From contig CAZUKF010000002.1 of NCBI GenBank assembly GCA_964620765.1, positions 1 to 40,774 on the forward strand: a stretch of DNA of 40,774 nucleotides, in the 5' to 3' direction. Positions 15,201-23,700 of this stretch are shown piece after piece. This DNA is from an uncultured Rickettsiales bacterium (GTDB taxonomy: Bacteria; Pseudomonadota; Alphaproteobacteria; Rickettsiales; SXRF01). The translations under genes and the position numbers were made by a program. The notes below the pieces were generated by a model. That model had not been told where the DNA came from and ran no database searches. It worked only from the letters and a program-made list of their open reading frames with translations. Position 1 is the first letter of the stretch. Each line of letters opens with the position of its first letter.

Positions 15201-17763
15201 GACCGAAGAAGCGTGCGGCACGCCGATCTACGCAATACCCGGCTACGAATACAAACCGCCGAAAGTGCACGAGAAGCAGCCGGACTGGTGCACGCCGGTA
15301 GAACAGTTCCTCATGGTTGATGCATGGGCTCCGCGCAGCTGGGTGGCGCGCGGCGGCAATCCCCATGACCGCTACCTGCCGCCTTCAAGCATTGACTACG
15401 ACATCGCGGATACGGATCGCCACTTCTCCAACAAGACGTCGCGGTACGTAAACCTGCAGGTTCCCGGCACAAAAATTTGCCAGAGAGTGCTTGGCTACAC
15501 CACCTACCAGGAATGGCAGAACCCCGAGCATAAGGCGCTCGACGCGATCGCCATGTGCGCCATCACGCCAGTCGACCTCATGACCTTCCGCTTCGACGTA
15601 TTCAACGGCTGCATGGGCCAGCGCATCAACTTCAACTACAACACGTGGGTGAAGTGGATGAAAGTCCCGGCCAACTTCAATGCCTACACAAACTGGGTTG
15701 AAGACTACGACATGAGCAGGCCGCCCCACGAAAACGATGCCTGCCCCTTCATCCCGCCCTGCGCCACGCGCTACTACCAGACCGACGATGCCAATGTCTG
15801 CAAGGCCGCGGCCTGGAGTGTCAAGCAGTGCTGCGGCTTCGCCGCCATGCCGGTGACGCTGGTCAACCAGACCAAGACACGCATGCAGTATGGCCCACGC
15901 AAGGCATTTGAAAACGTCGCGGACCCGGATTCACCCGGTTACGATTCCACCAAGAAATACCCGCTGATCGCACAGAATTACATGGAGACATATGTCGCTA
16001 CGCCGTTCTCATGGGGTACGCAATGGTCTGGCCCCGGCAGCAATGCCAATGAAGAGGACCTGAAGGCCGTCGAGAAAATGCACGACATCGGCTGGCCGGC
16101 AGCAAGTTATGACATCCCGCGAACACCCCGTGACGCTACTTTCTTCTACACATTCCGCATCCTGAGTGGCCGCTCCGACCCTTCTAACACCAGCCCCAAC
16201 AAGATCATCGGCGCCTACTTCCCGGGCACCAAGTACTATGATACGGGCGGCGTGGCCGGCACATCGAAAGACTACGTGGATATGGGCATCATCACACCGG
16301 ACCAGGCGCGCGGCGGCGTGGATTACTTCAACAACGCCTTCACGTATGACGTCACCGGCATCATCGGCAATGAAGGCCGCACCAAGTCAGAAGCAGAAGA
16401 AGCGATCAAGCTCGCCCAAGGCATCACCAACCCGCGCTATACCAGGCCGCAGTTCGAACTCGACTGGCTGGAGCAACCGCAAAATTCGCGCATGGGCGGT
16501 TACGGCACCATCGTCAACCGCGTGTGGGATACGATCATGAACGGCCGCTATAACCGCATGCCCGCCGGCGGCCTGCCGCGTTATGAAGTCACCTTCAAGG
16601 ACTTCGACATGGACGATTTCCCCCTTGGCCTCGCCGGCGGCCAGTTCAACGCGCCCAACGGCGCCGTCTACCAGTGGCCCAAGGGCTGGCGCGGCTACGG
16701 CTCCGAAAGTTTCGTGAATGTCACCAACGGCTTCCCTTATGTCAATAATCCCGGCATGGCAGGGGTTGTACCGCCTCTTATCGTGGGCGGAAAGGTTTCC
16801 CTATCTCAGGCGCAGGCCGACGATATCATCGTGGTTGATATCGATGGCATCCCGCGCACGTATTTCGTGGTGATGAAAGGCAACAAGCCGCACCCTGAAA
16901 GCATCCAGGGCTGCATCGCCAATCCCACGCTCTGCTACGATATGGCCTACATCCAATCCACCAGCACGGACTTCCTGATCGTGAAGTCCATGGGCATCAA
17001 CAAGGTGCCCTCCTCCACCGGCATCGGCTCCAGCTGGGGCAGGGACAGCACGCAGATGCTGTTCTCAGGCCCTGTAACGCTGCTCAATGACAAGGTCCAC
17101 AAGAACCCCGGGCTGGCGGAAGAAGGCTGGTACCGCTGGGTAACCAATAACAGAATTATTGGCGCGTTCGACAAAGTGGGCGATTACGTGCCTACGCATC
17201 CGAACCCGCACTTCCTCACACCCTCCTGCCGCGACCCGGATTTCCTGGCCTGCACCGTGCCGAAAAGCGCGTGGAACAACGCCATAATCTTCCGCCCCCA
17301 CAGCAGCGTTAATGACTGCGCGCGCTCCGGTGTCTGCATGGACCCGTTTGGCAATCCACAAATCGTCGCCATGAGAGATGTTCCGCCGGGCAACACACGC
17401 TGCGGCGCCAGCCTGGTCATGAGCTGCTACAACGACGGTAAAGACCCCCTGCCCGGCAAGCCATGGACACTGATGGGCTCGTGGGTGCAACAGCGGTCCG
17501 GCGGCTACAAGGGCGTCGGCGCGGGCGACTACACGCTCGCCGGCTTCTGCCCCGCGGTGTTCAACAGGCTTATCCCGGACATGACCAACCCGAACTGCGT
17601 CAGGTTCGGCCCCAACAGCCCGGATTGCCCGAAGAAGATGGAAGTGCTGAACAAGGGTGATCCGGAAGGCGCCTGGGGAAGCTGCCCGTCCGCGCGCCTG
17701 GGCCCTAACAAGAAAAATACGCCGCTGCCGTCAGGGCCGATGAACGGCGGGGCAGCCCGGTAA
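12235..17763 (+). CDS. Giant exported protein (1842 aa): signal peptide, long Pro/Ala/Thr-rich spacer, two Cys/Trp/Tyr-rich regions of unknown fold
   Basis: An in-frame TAA immediately precedes the GTG at 12235. The N-terminus, SLRTAAYAALITTSLSTAYSALA-EA, looks like a signal peptide. Codons ~80-560 are almost pure P/A/T/E/G/V low complexity with tandem repeats. A second PAPAPAPEP linker lies at ~14950-15200. I count more than 30 Cys downstream of the first spacer. Confidence 0.8.
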   Translation: MRSPHKQGDSAYISLRTAAYAALITTSLSTAYSALAEATQATPKTAPPWWQQPDEGWAAYAARTILETLAIPAAHAQADEYLPYRELPDYLPPTSPNAVPSPHPVYASPDPFIPYSSQESPSFEPAPYGVPPVLSPHPAPLLLNSIDLNPLSLFIKPAHAIPPKLPTIPPTSPPTLAPTFAATETPTEGITDAPTFASTETPTETVTATPTFPPAPFAPPTEEITSAPTLPPDDFCITPYGTFAEGSYTSQYSTCIAPGVCHIAILNCYAGGSWDGFYAYDSCAEAEAAEDCGFTEEATEIATSIATEEPAGPGVPPDETGEPTDEPTETPTLISTEVPVPFAPPGPFAPPGPFATPEPTVVSPFLPPGPGVVPEPITRFPGPSPLQPTPEPIVVPEPVPERVVAPMPTPEPIVAPAPTPAPVVPQPVPQAAPGPQPVPQAAPAPEPVPQAAPAPAAVPGPGPEPVPQPSPAGPAPAPSPAAPAPAPSPAGPAPAPSPAPGPSPGPGPGPAPAPGPEGNCPNPNPAEAPAPAEMPAPAPAPAPGPQAEPEPGPGPAPRPNREYPPNGPTRKTEYQDNTYRDLCKSSRILKPGEFFDDITGELVLAGDGPNPAPDPTLEENFFAAQHVAGAKPGENCMPAKNTPVVDLKNTPFMWVNLKDASTGKELNDLARIYRWTGKDDTLKAYMQVVGGIDFCPQLLVPDKNFCLEGMTTNPQMLCGGVARPPDAPSSKCANMKVRDCDTKRLMEFRMAVVRKCAETYIAMRSMRPWWLYEKYGSTWEEFLAPTGAPWYGYGGHEAEPPVRMLQPLMRGSDARKVYKGEMKQRYARKVDTIRDGKHPWRNEWELDLGVELERYFKDTLIYGTALDQAASARIPKSLAMKVPKPFPDVNMPCIKDKGGLTVAPGVEPPRDSPAPAPAPAPEPVPEDNNPNPVPQAAPEPPVPGDPCKPKKPPQTCGSGSITHGGFCDPGDDEETKPPIPPAVPDPIEQTEEACGTPIYAIPGYEYKPPKVHEKQPDWCTPVEQFLMVDAWAPRSWVARGGNPHDRYLPPSSIDYDIADTDRHFSNKTSRYVNLQVPGTKICQRVLGYTTYQEWQNPEHKALDAIAMCAITPVDLMTFRFDVFNGCMGQRINFNYNTWVKWMKVPANFNAYTNWVEDYDMSRPPHENDACPFIPPCATRYYQTDDANVCKAAAWSVKQCCGFAAMPVTLVNQTKTRMQYGPRKAFENVADPDSPGYDSTKKYPLIAQNYMETYVATPFSWGTQWSGPGSNANEEDLKAVEKMHDIGWPAASYDIPRTPRDATFFYTFRILSGRSDPSNTSPNKIIGAYFPGTKYYDTGGVAGTSKDYVDMGIITPDQARGGVDYFNNAFTYDVTGIIGNEGRTKSEAEEAIKLAQGITNPRYTRPQFELDWLEQPQNSRMGGYGTIVNRVWDTIMNGRYNRMPAGGLPRYEVTFKDFDMDDFPLGLAGGQFNAPNGAVYQWPKGWRGYGSESFVNVTNGFPYVNNPGMAGVVPPLIVGGKVSLSQAQADDIIVVDIDGIPRTYFVVMKGNKPHPESIQGCIANPTLCYDMAYIQSTSTDFLIVKSMGINKVPSSTGIGSSWGRDSTQMLFSGPVTLLNDKVHKNPGLAEEGWYRWVTNNRIIGAFDKVGDYVPTHPNPHFLTPSCRDPDFLACTVPKSAWNNAIIFRPHSSVNDCARSGVCMDPFGNPQIVAMRDVPPGNTRCGASLVMSCYNDGKDPLPGKPWTLMGSWVQQRSGGYKGVGAGDYTLAGFCPAVFNRLIPDMTNPNCVRFGPNSPDCPKKMEVLNKGDPEGAWGSCPSARLGPNKKNTPLPSGPMNGGAAR
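12763..12858 (+). repeat. 2 x 48-bp in-frame tandem repeat (APTFA[A/S]TETPTE...)
   Basis: 12763-12810 and 12811-12858 align directly: gcacccacattcgctgcgaccgagacgccgaccgaa... versus gcccccacattcgcttctaccgaaacgccgaccgaa... Confidence 0.7.
13507..13596 (+). repeat. 3 x 30-bp in-frame tandem repeat (P[Q/E]PVPQAAP[G/A])
   Basis: The units 13507-13536, 13537-13566 and 13567-13596 differ at only a few positions. Confidence 0.8.
13639..13719 (+). repeat. 3 x 27-bp in-frame tandem repeat (PSPA[G/A]PAPA)
   Basis: The units 13639-13665, 13666-13692 and 13693-13719 were read directly from the sequence. Confidence 0.75.
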
Positions 17764-17866
17764 TTCTTCTCGTCATTGCGAGCGAAGCGAAGCAATCCAG
17801 TTGGTACCGCAGGTGAGATCTGGATTGCTTCGTCGCTACGCTCCTCGCAATGACGGCAGAGAAGAA
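17764..17866. repeat. ~100-bp imperfect palindromic element (GTCATTGCGAG...CTCGCAATGAC type) filling the gap between convergent genes
   Basis: The left arm ttcttctcgtcattgcgagcgaagcgaagcaatccag (17764-17800) pairs with the right arm ctggattgcttcgtcgctacgctcctcgcaatgacggcagagaagaa (17820-17866). Its translation gives the repeat-derived peptides HCEERSDEAIQ and LLRFARNDE seen in a spurious track ORF. Confidence 0.75.
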
Positions 17867-17868
17867 AA

Positions 17869-18588
17869 CTAGTGCGAGGAAAGGTACGTCTCGGCGGCAG
17901 CAAGGCCTGCCGGGTCACCCACGTGCAGCCAGCCGCCGTCATGCGGCAGCGCGAACACGCGCGCGAGCGTGCCGTCTTTGCTCATGCCGCGGTTATAAAG
18001 CACGTTGAGCGAGAAGGCGCCCGTTGCAGGACAGCCTTGGAAAAAGCGCGGATGCAGCAGCTGGATGCCGGTAAACACGTACGGCGCGCCCGCGGCTTCA
18101 CCGCGGCGGCGGATCATGCCGCTGTCGCTGACAAAAAAATCCCCCGGCCCTTCGTAACCGGTCACCCGTTCAAGCGGGTGCACCAGCAGCAGCGCATCCA
18201 TGCGTGCGTCATCCCATGCCTTGCGCAGGCGCTCCACCGCGTGCGCGCGGCCGTTCACGCAGATCGTATCGCTGTTGACGGAAAGAAATGGTGCAGCCCC
18301 CAAATGCGGCAGCGCCTCGCGAATGCCGCCGCCGGTTTCCAGCGGCTCCGCCTCGCGCGAGATGGTCACATGCGGGTGGGCGCGCTTTTGCAGATGCGCC
18401 ACCAGCGCGTCGGCGAGGTAACTCGCGTTCACCACCGCCTGCTCGATACCGGCGCTTTGCACAAAATCCAGCGAATAGTCGATCAGCGGCTTGCCCAGCA
18501 CCGGCACCAGCGGTTTGGGCAGCTTGTCGGTAAGCGGGCGCATGCGCAGCCCAAGCCCCGCTGCCAGAATAATGGCGCGTTCAACCAT
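17869..18588 (-). CDS. murU: Sugar-1-phosphate nucleotidyltransferase, MurU-like (N-acetylmuramate alpha-1-phosphate uridylyltransferase)
   Basis: MVERAIILAAGLGLRMRPLTDKLPKPLVPVLGKPLIDY is the NTP-transferase signature. It overlaps the upstream kinase-family gene by 8 nt, matching the AmgK-MurU pairing. Confidence 0.75.
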   Translation of the reverse strand: MVERAIILAAGLGLRMRPLTDKLPKPLVPVLGKPLIDYSLDFVQSAGIEQAVVNASYLADALVAHLQKRAHPHVTISREAEPLETGGGIREALPHLGAAPFLSVNSDTICVNGRAHAVERLRKAWDDARMDALLLVHPLERVTGYEGPGDFFVSDSGMIRRRGEAAGAPYVFTGIQLLHPRFFQGCPATGAFSLNVLYNRGMSKDGTLARVFALPHDGGWLHVGDPAGLAAAETYLSSH

Positions 18589-19648
18589 TGATTTTCAGTT
18601 CGCCACGAACGGATTTCGGCACGTGTTTGTCCGTCCAGCTTTTCAACTCGGCGAGCATCGGGTGCGAAAGATCATGCTCCAGATGCGCCCACACGCGCGG
18701 TAGGAACGAAAGATACGCGTGCTTGTTGTCGCGCCGCGCCAGGCGGCAGAAAATCCCCACGATCTTGCTGTTGCGCTGCGCCGCCAGCAGCGCATAGGCG
18801 GGCGTGAAATTGCTTTCCTTCTCACCGGTGGCAGCAAGATAACGCTTCAGGCAGCGTGCGGCCGTGCCGGGTTTGAGATCGCGCCGCGCATCTTCCAGCA
18901 GCGAGACCAGGTCATACGCCGCGTGGCCCCACAGCGCATCCTGGAAATCCAGCAGGCCCACGCGCGCCTCGCCTTCACGCTCCGGCAGCCATAGCAGGTT
19001 GTCGGCATGGTAATCACGGTGCACAAAAAATTCGCAGGGCAGCTTCGCCCGCTCCAGCAGCCGCTGCCAGATATCAAGGTATTCGTCATGCAGCCCCGCC
19101 GCCTTCGCTTCGCCCAGCGCCGCCGGCAGGAACCATTCCGCAAACAGCCCCACCTCGCGCATCAGCTCTTTCGTATTATAATCCGGTAGCTCGCCTGCCT
19201 GCGCGGAGCCGGTGCTCCGCTCCGGCGTAGGCAGGCCCGCGCCCTTGCGCATCTTCGGTTCGGCGTGCCATGCGGCCAGCACATCCACCGCCGCGTCGTA
19301 AAACGTGGCTTCGTCGCCGCCATGCGCCAGCACGCGGGTGAACAAATCATCGCCCAGATCTTCGCAGATCAGCAGGCCGGACGCGGCATCTTCCGCCAGC
19401 ACTTCCGGCGCGCTGAACCCGAGGCCGTGCAGCCGGCGCGCCACGCGCACATACGGCACGATGTTTTCCTTTTCCGGCGGCGCATCCATCAGCATCGCGG
19501 TATCGGCGCCGCGCTGCAGGCGGATATAACGGCGGAACGAGGCATCACCTTTCAGCGGCAGCAACTGCGCGTCACCCCAGCCGCTCTTGGCCAGGAACGC
19601 CTGCATCGCGCTTTCACGGTTTAACGATTTGGCTACACCTGCCGTCAT
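18581..19648 (-). CDS. amgK: Aminoglycoside-phosphotransferase-fold kinase, AmgK-like (anomeric MurNAc/GlcNAc kinase)
   Basis: APH/choline-kinase motifs: GDASFRRYIRL, HRDYHADNLLWLP, and LLDFQDAL with a catalytic HxDxxxxN-type loop. It is positioned between tsaE and murU with 4-nt and 8-nt overlaps. Confidence 0.7.
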   Translation of the reverse strand: MTAGVAKSLNRESAMQAFLAKSGWGDAQLLPLKGDASFRRYIRLQRGADTAMLMDAPPEKENIVPYVRVARRLHGLGFSAPEVLAEDAASGLLICEDLGDDLFTRVLAHGGDEATFYDAAVDVLAAWHAEPKMRKGAGLPTPERSTGSAQAGELPDYNTKELMREVGLFAEWFLPAALGEAKAAGLHDEYLDIWQRLLERAKLPCEFFVHRDYHADNLLWLPEREGEARVGLLDFQDALWGHAAYDLVSLLEDARRDLKPGTAARCLKRYLAATGEKESNFTPAYALLAAQRNSKIVGIFCRLARRDNKHAYLSFLPRVWAHLEHDLSHPMLAELKSWTDKHVPKSVRGELKING

Positions 19649-20097
19649 GCAATCCCTGCTTTAACCAGGCGACTGTACCATCCACTTCCCGCATTGCAAA
19701 TGAGAACACGCCCACCATCCGCCATTTCCAGCGTAAGGCGCAGATGCCCCGGCGGCAGCATGCTTTCTGCAATCTCCGGCCATTCAATCAGCACAATGCC
19801 GCTCTCAAACCCCTCCTCCAGCCCCAGCTCCTGTAATTCTTCCGGGTGCTTGAGGCGGTAAAGGTCGGCATGCCAGAGCAGGCCGCGCGGTGTCTCGTAG
19901 GTCTGCACCAGGTTGAAGGTCGGGCTCGCCACCTCTACCTCGCCCGCAAGTGCGCGGATAAACCCGCGCGCGAAAGTGGTTTTCCCTGCACCCAGCCCAC
20001 CGCTTAAGCCAATGCAATCGCCTGACCGTGCCAGCGCGGCAAAACGCGCGCCGCAGGCCAGCGTGGCGGCTTCATCAGCGAGGTTAATCCCGCTCAT
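19645..20097 (-). CDS. tsaE: tRNA threonylcarbamoyladenosine (t6A) biosynthesis ATPase TsaE
   Basis: The P-loop GLSGGLGAGKTTFARGFIRAL followed by SPTF.LV..Y......WH.DLYRL is diagnostic for TsaE/YjeE. The start is placed at the internal ATG at 20097 (MSGINLADEA...). Confidence 0.85.
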   Translation of the reverse strand: MSGINLADEAATLACGARFAALARSGDCIGLSGGLGAGKTTFARGFIRALAGEVEVASPTFNLVQTYETPRGLLWHADLYRLKHPEELQELGLEEGFESGIVLIEWPEIAESMLPPGHLRLTLEMADGGRVLICNAGSGWYSRLVKAGIA

Positions 20098-20278
20098 CGA
20101 TCCAGGCTTGTTGAATGGCTTCGAGAATCTTCTCGTTGCAGCCGTCCGGCGCGTCGGCAAAGCCGGGCAGCGCCAGCACCCACTGGCGCAGGTCGGTGAA
20201 CCTTAAATTAAGGTTGTCCGCGTCGGGGTGCATGTCCTCCAACGCAATCGCGATTTCCCTGATATCTAACCAACGCAT
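20084..20278 (-). CDS. iscX: IscX (YfhJ)-family Fe-S assembly accessory protein (64 aa)
   Basis: MRWLDIREIAIALEDMHPDADNLNLRFTDLRQWVLALPGFADAPDGCNEKILEAIQQAWIDERD aligns along its full length with my memory of E. coli IscX (..W.DSREIGEAL.D..PD.DP..VRFTD.HQW...L..F.DDP...NEKILEAI...W.DE). Only the last 64 codons of the 186-aa track ORF are used. Confidence 0.8.
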   Translation of the reverse strand: MRWLDIREIAIALEDMHPDADNLNLRFTDLRQWVLALPGFADAPDGCNEKILEAIQQAWIDERD

Positions 20279-20356
20279 AGTGGATAAATATAAATTTTTT
20301 ACAGCAGATTGCAATAACGGTCTGGTCTGGCATAAAATGTGCCTAGTATATAGAGT

Positions 20357-20746
20357 ATGACCATGATCGACAAAACCCTGCCCATCCTCATCGTTGACGA
20401 TTACAACATGATGCGCAACATCGTGCGCGGGCTGCTGAAACAGCTGGGCTTTGAAAACGCCGACGAGGCGGCCGACGGCACCGAGGCGCTGGCCCGCCTG
20501 AAAGAGAAAAAATACGGCCTCATCATATCGGACTGGAACATGCAGCCCATGACGGGGTTGGACCTGCTGAAGAACGTGCGCGGCGATTCCGAGCTCCGGC
20601 ACACCCCCTTCATCATGGCCACCTCCGAGAACAAACCCGAGCACTTGCTCACCGCCAAGCAGGCCGGTGTCAGCAACTACCTCGTCAAACCCTTCAACGC
20701 GGACATGCTGAAAGCCAAGATGGTCAGCGTATTGGGGGCTTTCTGA
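20357..20746 (+). CDS. Single-domain CheY-like response regulator
   Basis: ILIVDDYNMMRNIVRGLLKQLGF...ISDWNMQPMTGLDLLKNVR...PFIMATSE...GVSNYLVKPF contains the acidic pocket DD, the phospho-acceptor D in SDWNM, and the conserved T and K. Confidence 0.9.
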   Translation: MTMIDKTLPILIVDDYNMMRNIVRGLLKQLGFENADEAADGTEALARLKEKKYGLIISDWNMQPMTGLDLLKNVRGDSELRHTPFIMATSENKPEHLLTAKQAGVSNYLVKPFNADMLKAKMVSVLGAF

Positions 20747-23700
20747 TGAAGCGCCACCTGCTTGCCCTTGCGGTTACCGCCTCGCTCCTGCCCGCGCTCG
20801 CGCTGTCGGCATCCGGCAGCACGCCGGTGGTGCGCGGCGAGGTGATCCGCGATTTCGCCCGCGTAACGTTTGAATGGCCGCGCACGGTGTATCTCACCAC
20901 GAAAACAGAGGGCAACACCGTTACCCTCAATTTTGACCGCCGCGCCAACCCGGATTTCGGGGCGCTGCTGGGCGGACTCTCGCCTTACGTGGTCAATGCT
21001 TCGCTCTCCGCCGACGGCAAATCCGTGCAGCTGACGCTGGACAAGGCCTACCGCATCCGTAGCTTTGTCAGCGGTAATCTGAACGGCGTCGATATCGTGG
21101 GCGTGGATGCCAGCCTGCACCGCAAGCCGGAAAAGCAGCTGGCTGCGCTGGCCCCCGCTGCCGGTGAAGAGAAACCGTCATCCCCGCCGGAGCAAAGCGC
21201 AGAGCGGGGATCTGGGAAAACCCCGGATGTCGTGCGCACACCCGAGATCCCCGCTTCCGCGGGGATGACACAAAACAAGAAACCCGAGCCGAAACCGGCT
21301 CCTGTGGCAGAAAAAAAGCCAGAAGAAAAACCGGTGCAAATGACGGAAGCGAAGCCGGAAGCACCGCCTGAGCCGCCGCCCTCGCCTGTTGCCGCCACGC
21401 CGCCGGAGCCGCCGCCTGCCCCGGTTGCCGCCGCCGCACCTGAAGCGCCCGTAGCCCTGGCCACACCCGTGCCCGCCGCCGACGTGCCTGCGCTTTCCGC
21501 CGAGCCTGCCCCCGCCTTCGCCCCACCCAAGGAAACCGGGGAACCGGGCAAGGACGAAGACCGCGTGCAGGTCTTTGCCAGCACCAGCGGCGAGCGCACC
21601 ATCCTGCGTTTTGCCTGGCCGACGCGCGTGGCTGCCGCCACCTTCAAGCGCGGGCCTTACGTGTGGGTGGTCTTCAACAAAACCTCGAAGCTTGATCTCG
21701 ATGCTGTAAAGCAGACCGCCGATACGCTTTACCCGGATATTGAACAGTTGCCCACGCCCGGCGCCACGGTGCTGCGCATCGCGCGGCCTTCCAGCGGCGG
21801 CGTGATGGCCACCAAGGCCGGCGATTCGTTTGAATGGAACATCGTGCTGATCAGCTCGCCGCAGCTGCCGCAAGACAAGATCCGCGTGGACGTGAACACC
21901 GAGCCACCGCTACCACCGCACGTTTTCCTCGCCATGCCGGAAGTGGTGAACCCGGTGACGATCGAAGACCCCGATTTGGGTGACACGCTGCTTGTCGTGC
22001 CGCTCTACCAGCCCGGCCAGGGCCTGGCACCCACGCGCCGCTTCATTGAATTTGCGCTGTTGGAAAGCGCACAGGGCGTGGTCATCCAGAAAATCGCTGA
22101 CTGGATGAACATCACGCCCGTGCGCAACGGTATGCGCGTCGGCGCCGAGGGCGGCGCGCTGGTCAGCCCCGCCCTTGCCTCTTCGCGTAAAGTTCCGGAA
22201 ATCTCGCTGCCCTCCACGCCCACCAACACGCCGCAAGGCCAGAGCACTACGCTTTTCCCGTATGAGCTCTGGCGGGCAGACCCCGCGGTGCCTTTCGTCG
22301 ACCAGGTGAACGAGCTGGAGATCGCCATCGCCGCATCCGGCATCCCCGATGAAGGGATGAAATTGCGCCTGAAGCTGGCCCAGCTTTACCTTGCCGAGGG
22401 CTTTACCACCGAGGCGCTGGGCATGGTGCAGGAAATCCGCCGGATTGACTCGCAGTCCTACGTAGGCCTGCGCGCGGCGGCCATCGCCGGCGGCGCAAAT
22501 TTCCTCATGCACCGCTTCTCCGAAGCCGCCGATGATTTCGCCGCCGCCGAACTGCAGGGCAGCCCCGAGGTGGAATTCTGGAAAAACGTGCTGGCGGAGC
22601 TCTTAGGCAAGCCGGAGCAGAATTACCGCTACCTGGAGAATAACGACGCCTATATCAGCAAATACCCGCCGCGCATGCGCCAGCGCCTGTCCATCGCGGC
22701 GGCAGACCGCGCCGTCGCACAGGCCGATTACGCAAGCGCGCTGGAGATCATGGAGCTGATGAAATCGGAAGACCTGGTAGAAGGGCTGGACTCCTATCTC
22801 AGCTATCTCGCCGCCAAGATCGCGCTGGAGACGGGCAAGGAAAAAGAAGGGCTGGAAGCACTGGTCACGCTGGCACAGGACTACAAACACCTCTCGGTGC
22901 GCGCGCGCGCCGAGTTCACCCTCATCAATTACGAGCTGAAGAAAGACCCGGAAAGCATCAAGGTGCTGCAGCCCCGGCTTGAGCGGCTTTACACCTCGTG
23001 GCGCGGCGACAGCCTAGAGATGGAAACGCTGAAAATCCTCGGCGAGCTTTATGCCCAGCAGGAAGAATACGTGCGCGCCATGCAGGCGTGGCGCGACCTG
23101 ATCACCGCTTTCCCCAGCACGGTCTCCGCCGCGGTGGCGCTCAACAAGATGCAGGCCACTTTCGTGCAGCTGTTTGACGGCGGTGCCGCGGGAGCCCTGC
23201 CGCCGCTGGACCAGCTTTCGCTGTATTATGAATTCCGCACCCTCACCCCAGCGGACGCGGCGGGTGACCGCATCATCAACGGCATCGCCGACCGGCTGGT
23301 CTCTATTGACCTGCTGGAGCAGGCCATCACGCTGATCGATTACCGCATGCGCTACCTGTATGAGAAAGAGGCGCGTTCCCGCGCCGGCGCCAAGCTCGCC
23401 CGTATCTTTCTGATAAACCGCCAGCCCAAGAAGGCGCTGGAAGCGCTGCAGAAGTCGCTTTACGGTGAAAACCCGGAAGATTTGAAGGTGGAGCGAGACC
23501 GGCTGGCGGCGCAGGCCATGGTAGAAATGGAACGCTACGGCGAAGCAGCGGCCCTGCTGGCGGAAGACAAATCCACCGAGGCGGAAGCCATCCGCCAGCG
23601 TTCATGGTGGAAGCAGAAGGACTGGCCGAAGCTGATCGCTTCCGTGGAAGGAGACCTCAAGAACCGCGCCACGCTGACGGCTGCCATTACCGAGCCGGAG

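Noticed and set aside
17529-17942. 137-aa ORF containing HCEERSDEAIQ and LLRFARNDE
   Set aside because: It is a translation across the palindromic intergenic element 17764-17866 and the ends of two real genes. This is a classic repeat-derived pseudo-ORF.
17872-18591. 239-aa ORF on the + strand
   Set aside because: It is the exact antisense partner of the MurU-like gene, which carries the nucleotidyltransferase signature.
20084-20644. The full 186-aa - strand ORF
   Set aside because: Only the last 64 codons (from the ATG at 20278) match IscX. The upstream part overlaps the cheY-like gene on the opposite strand and has shadow-ORF composition.
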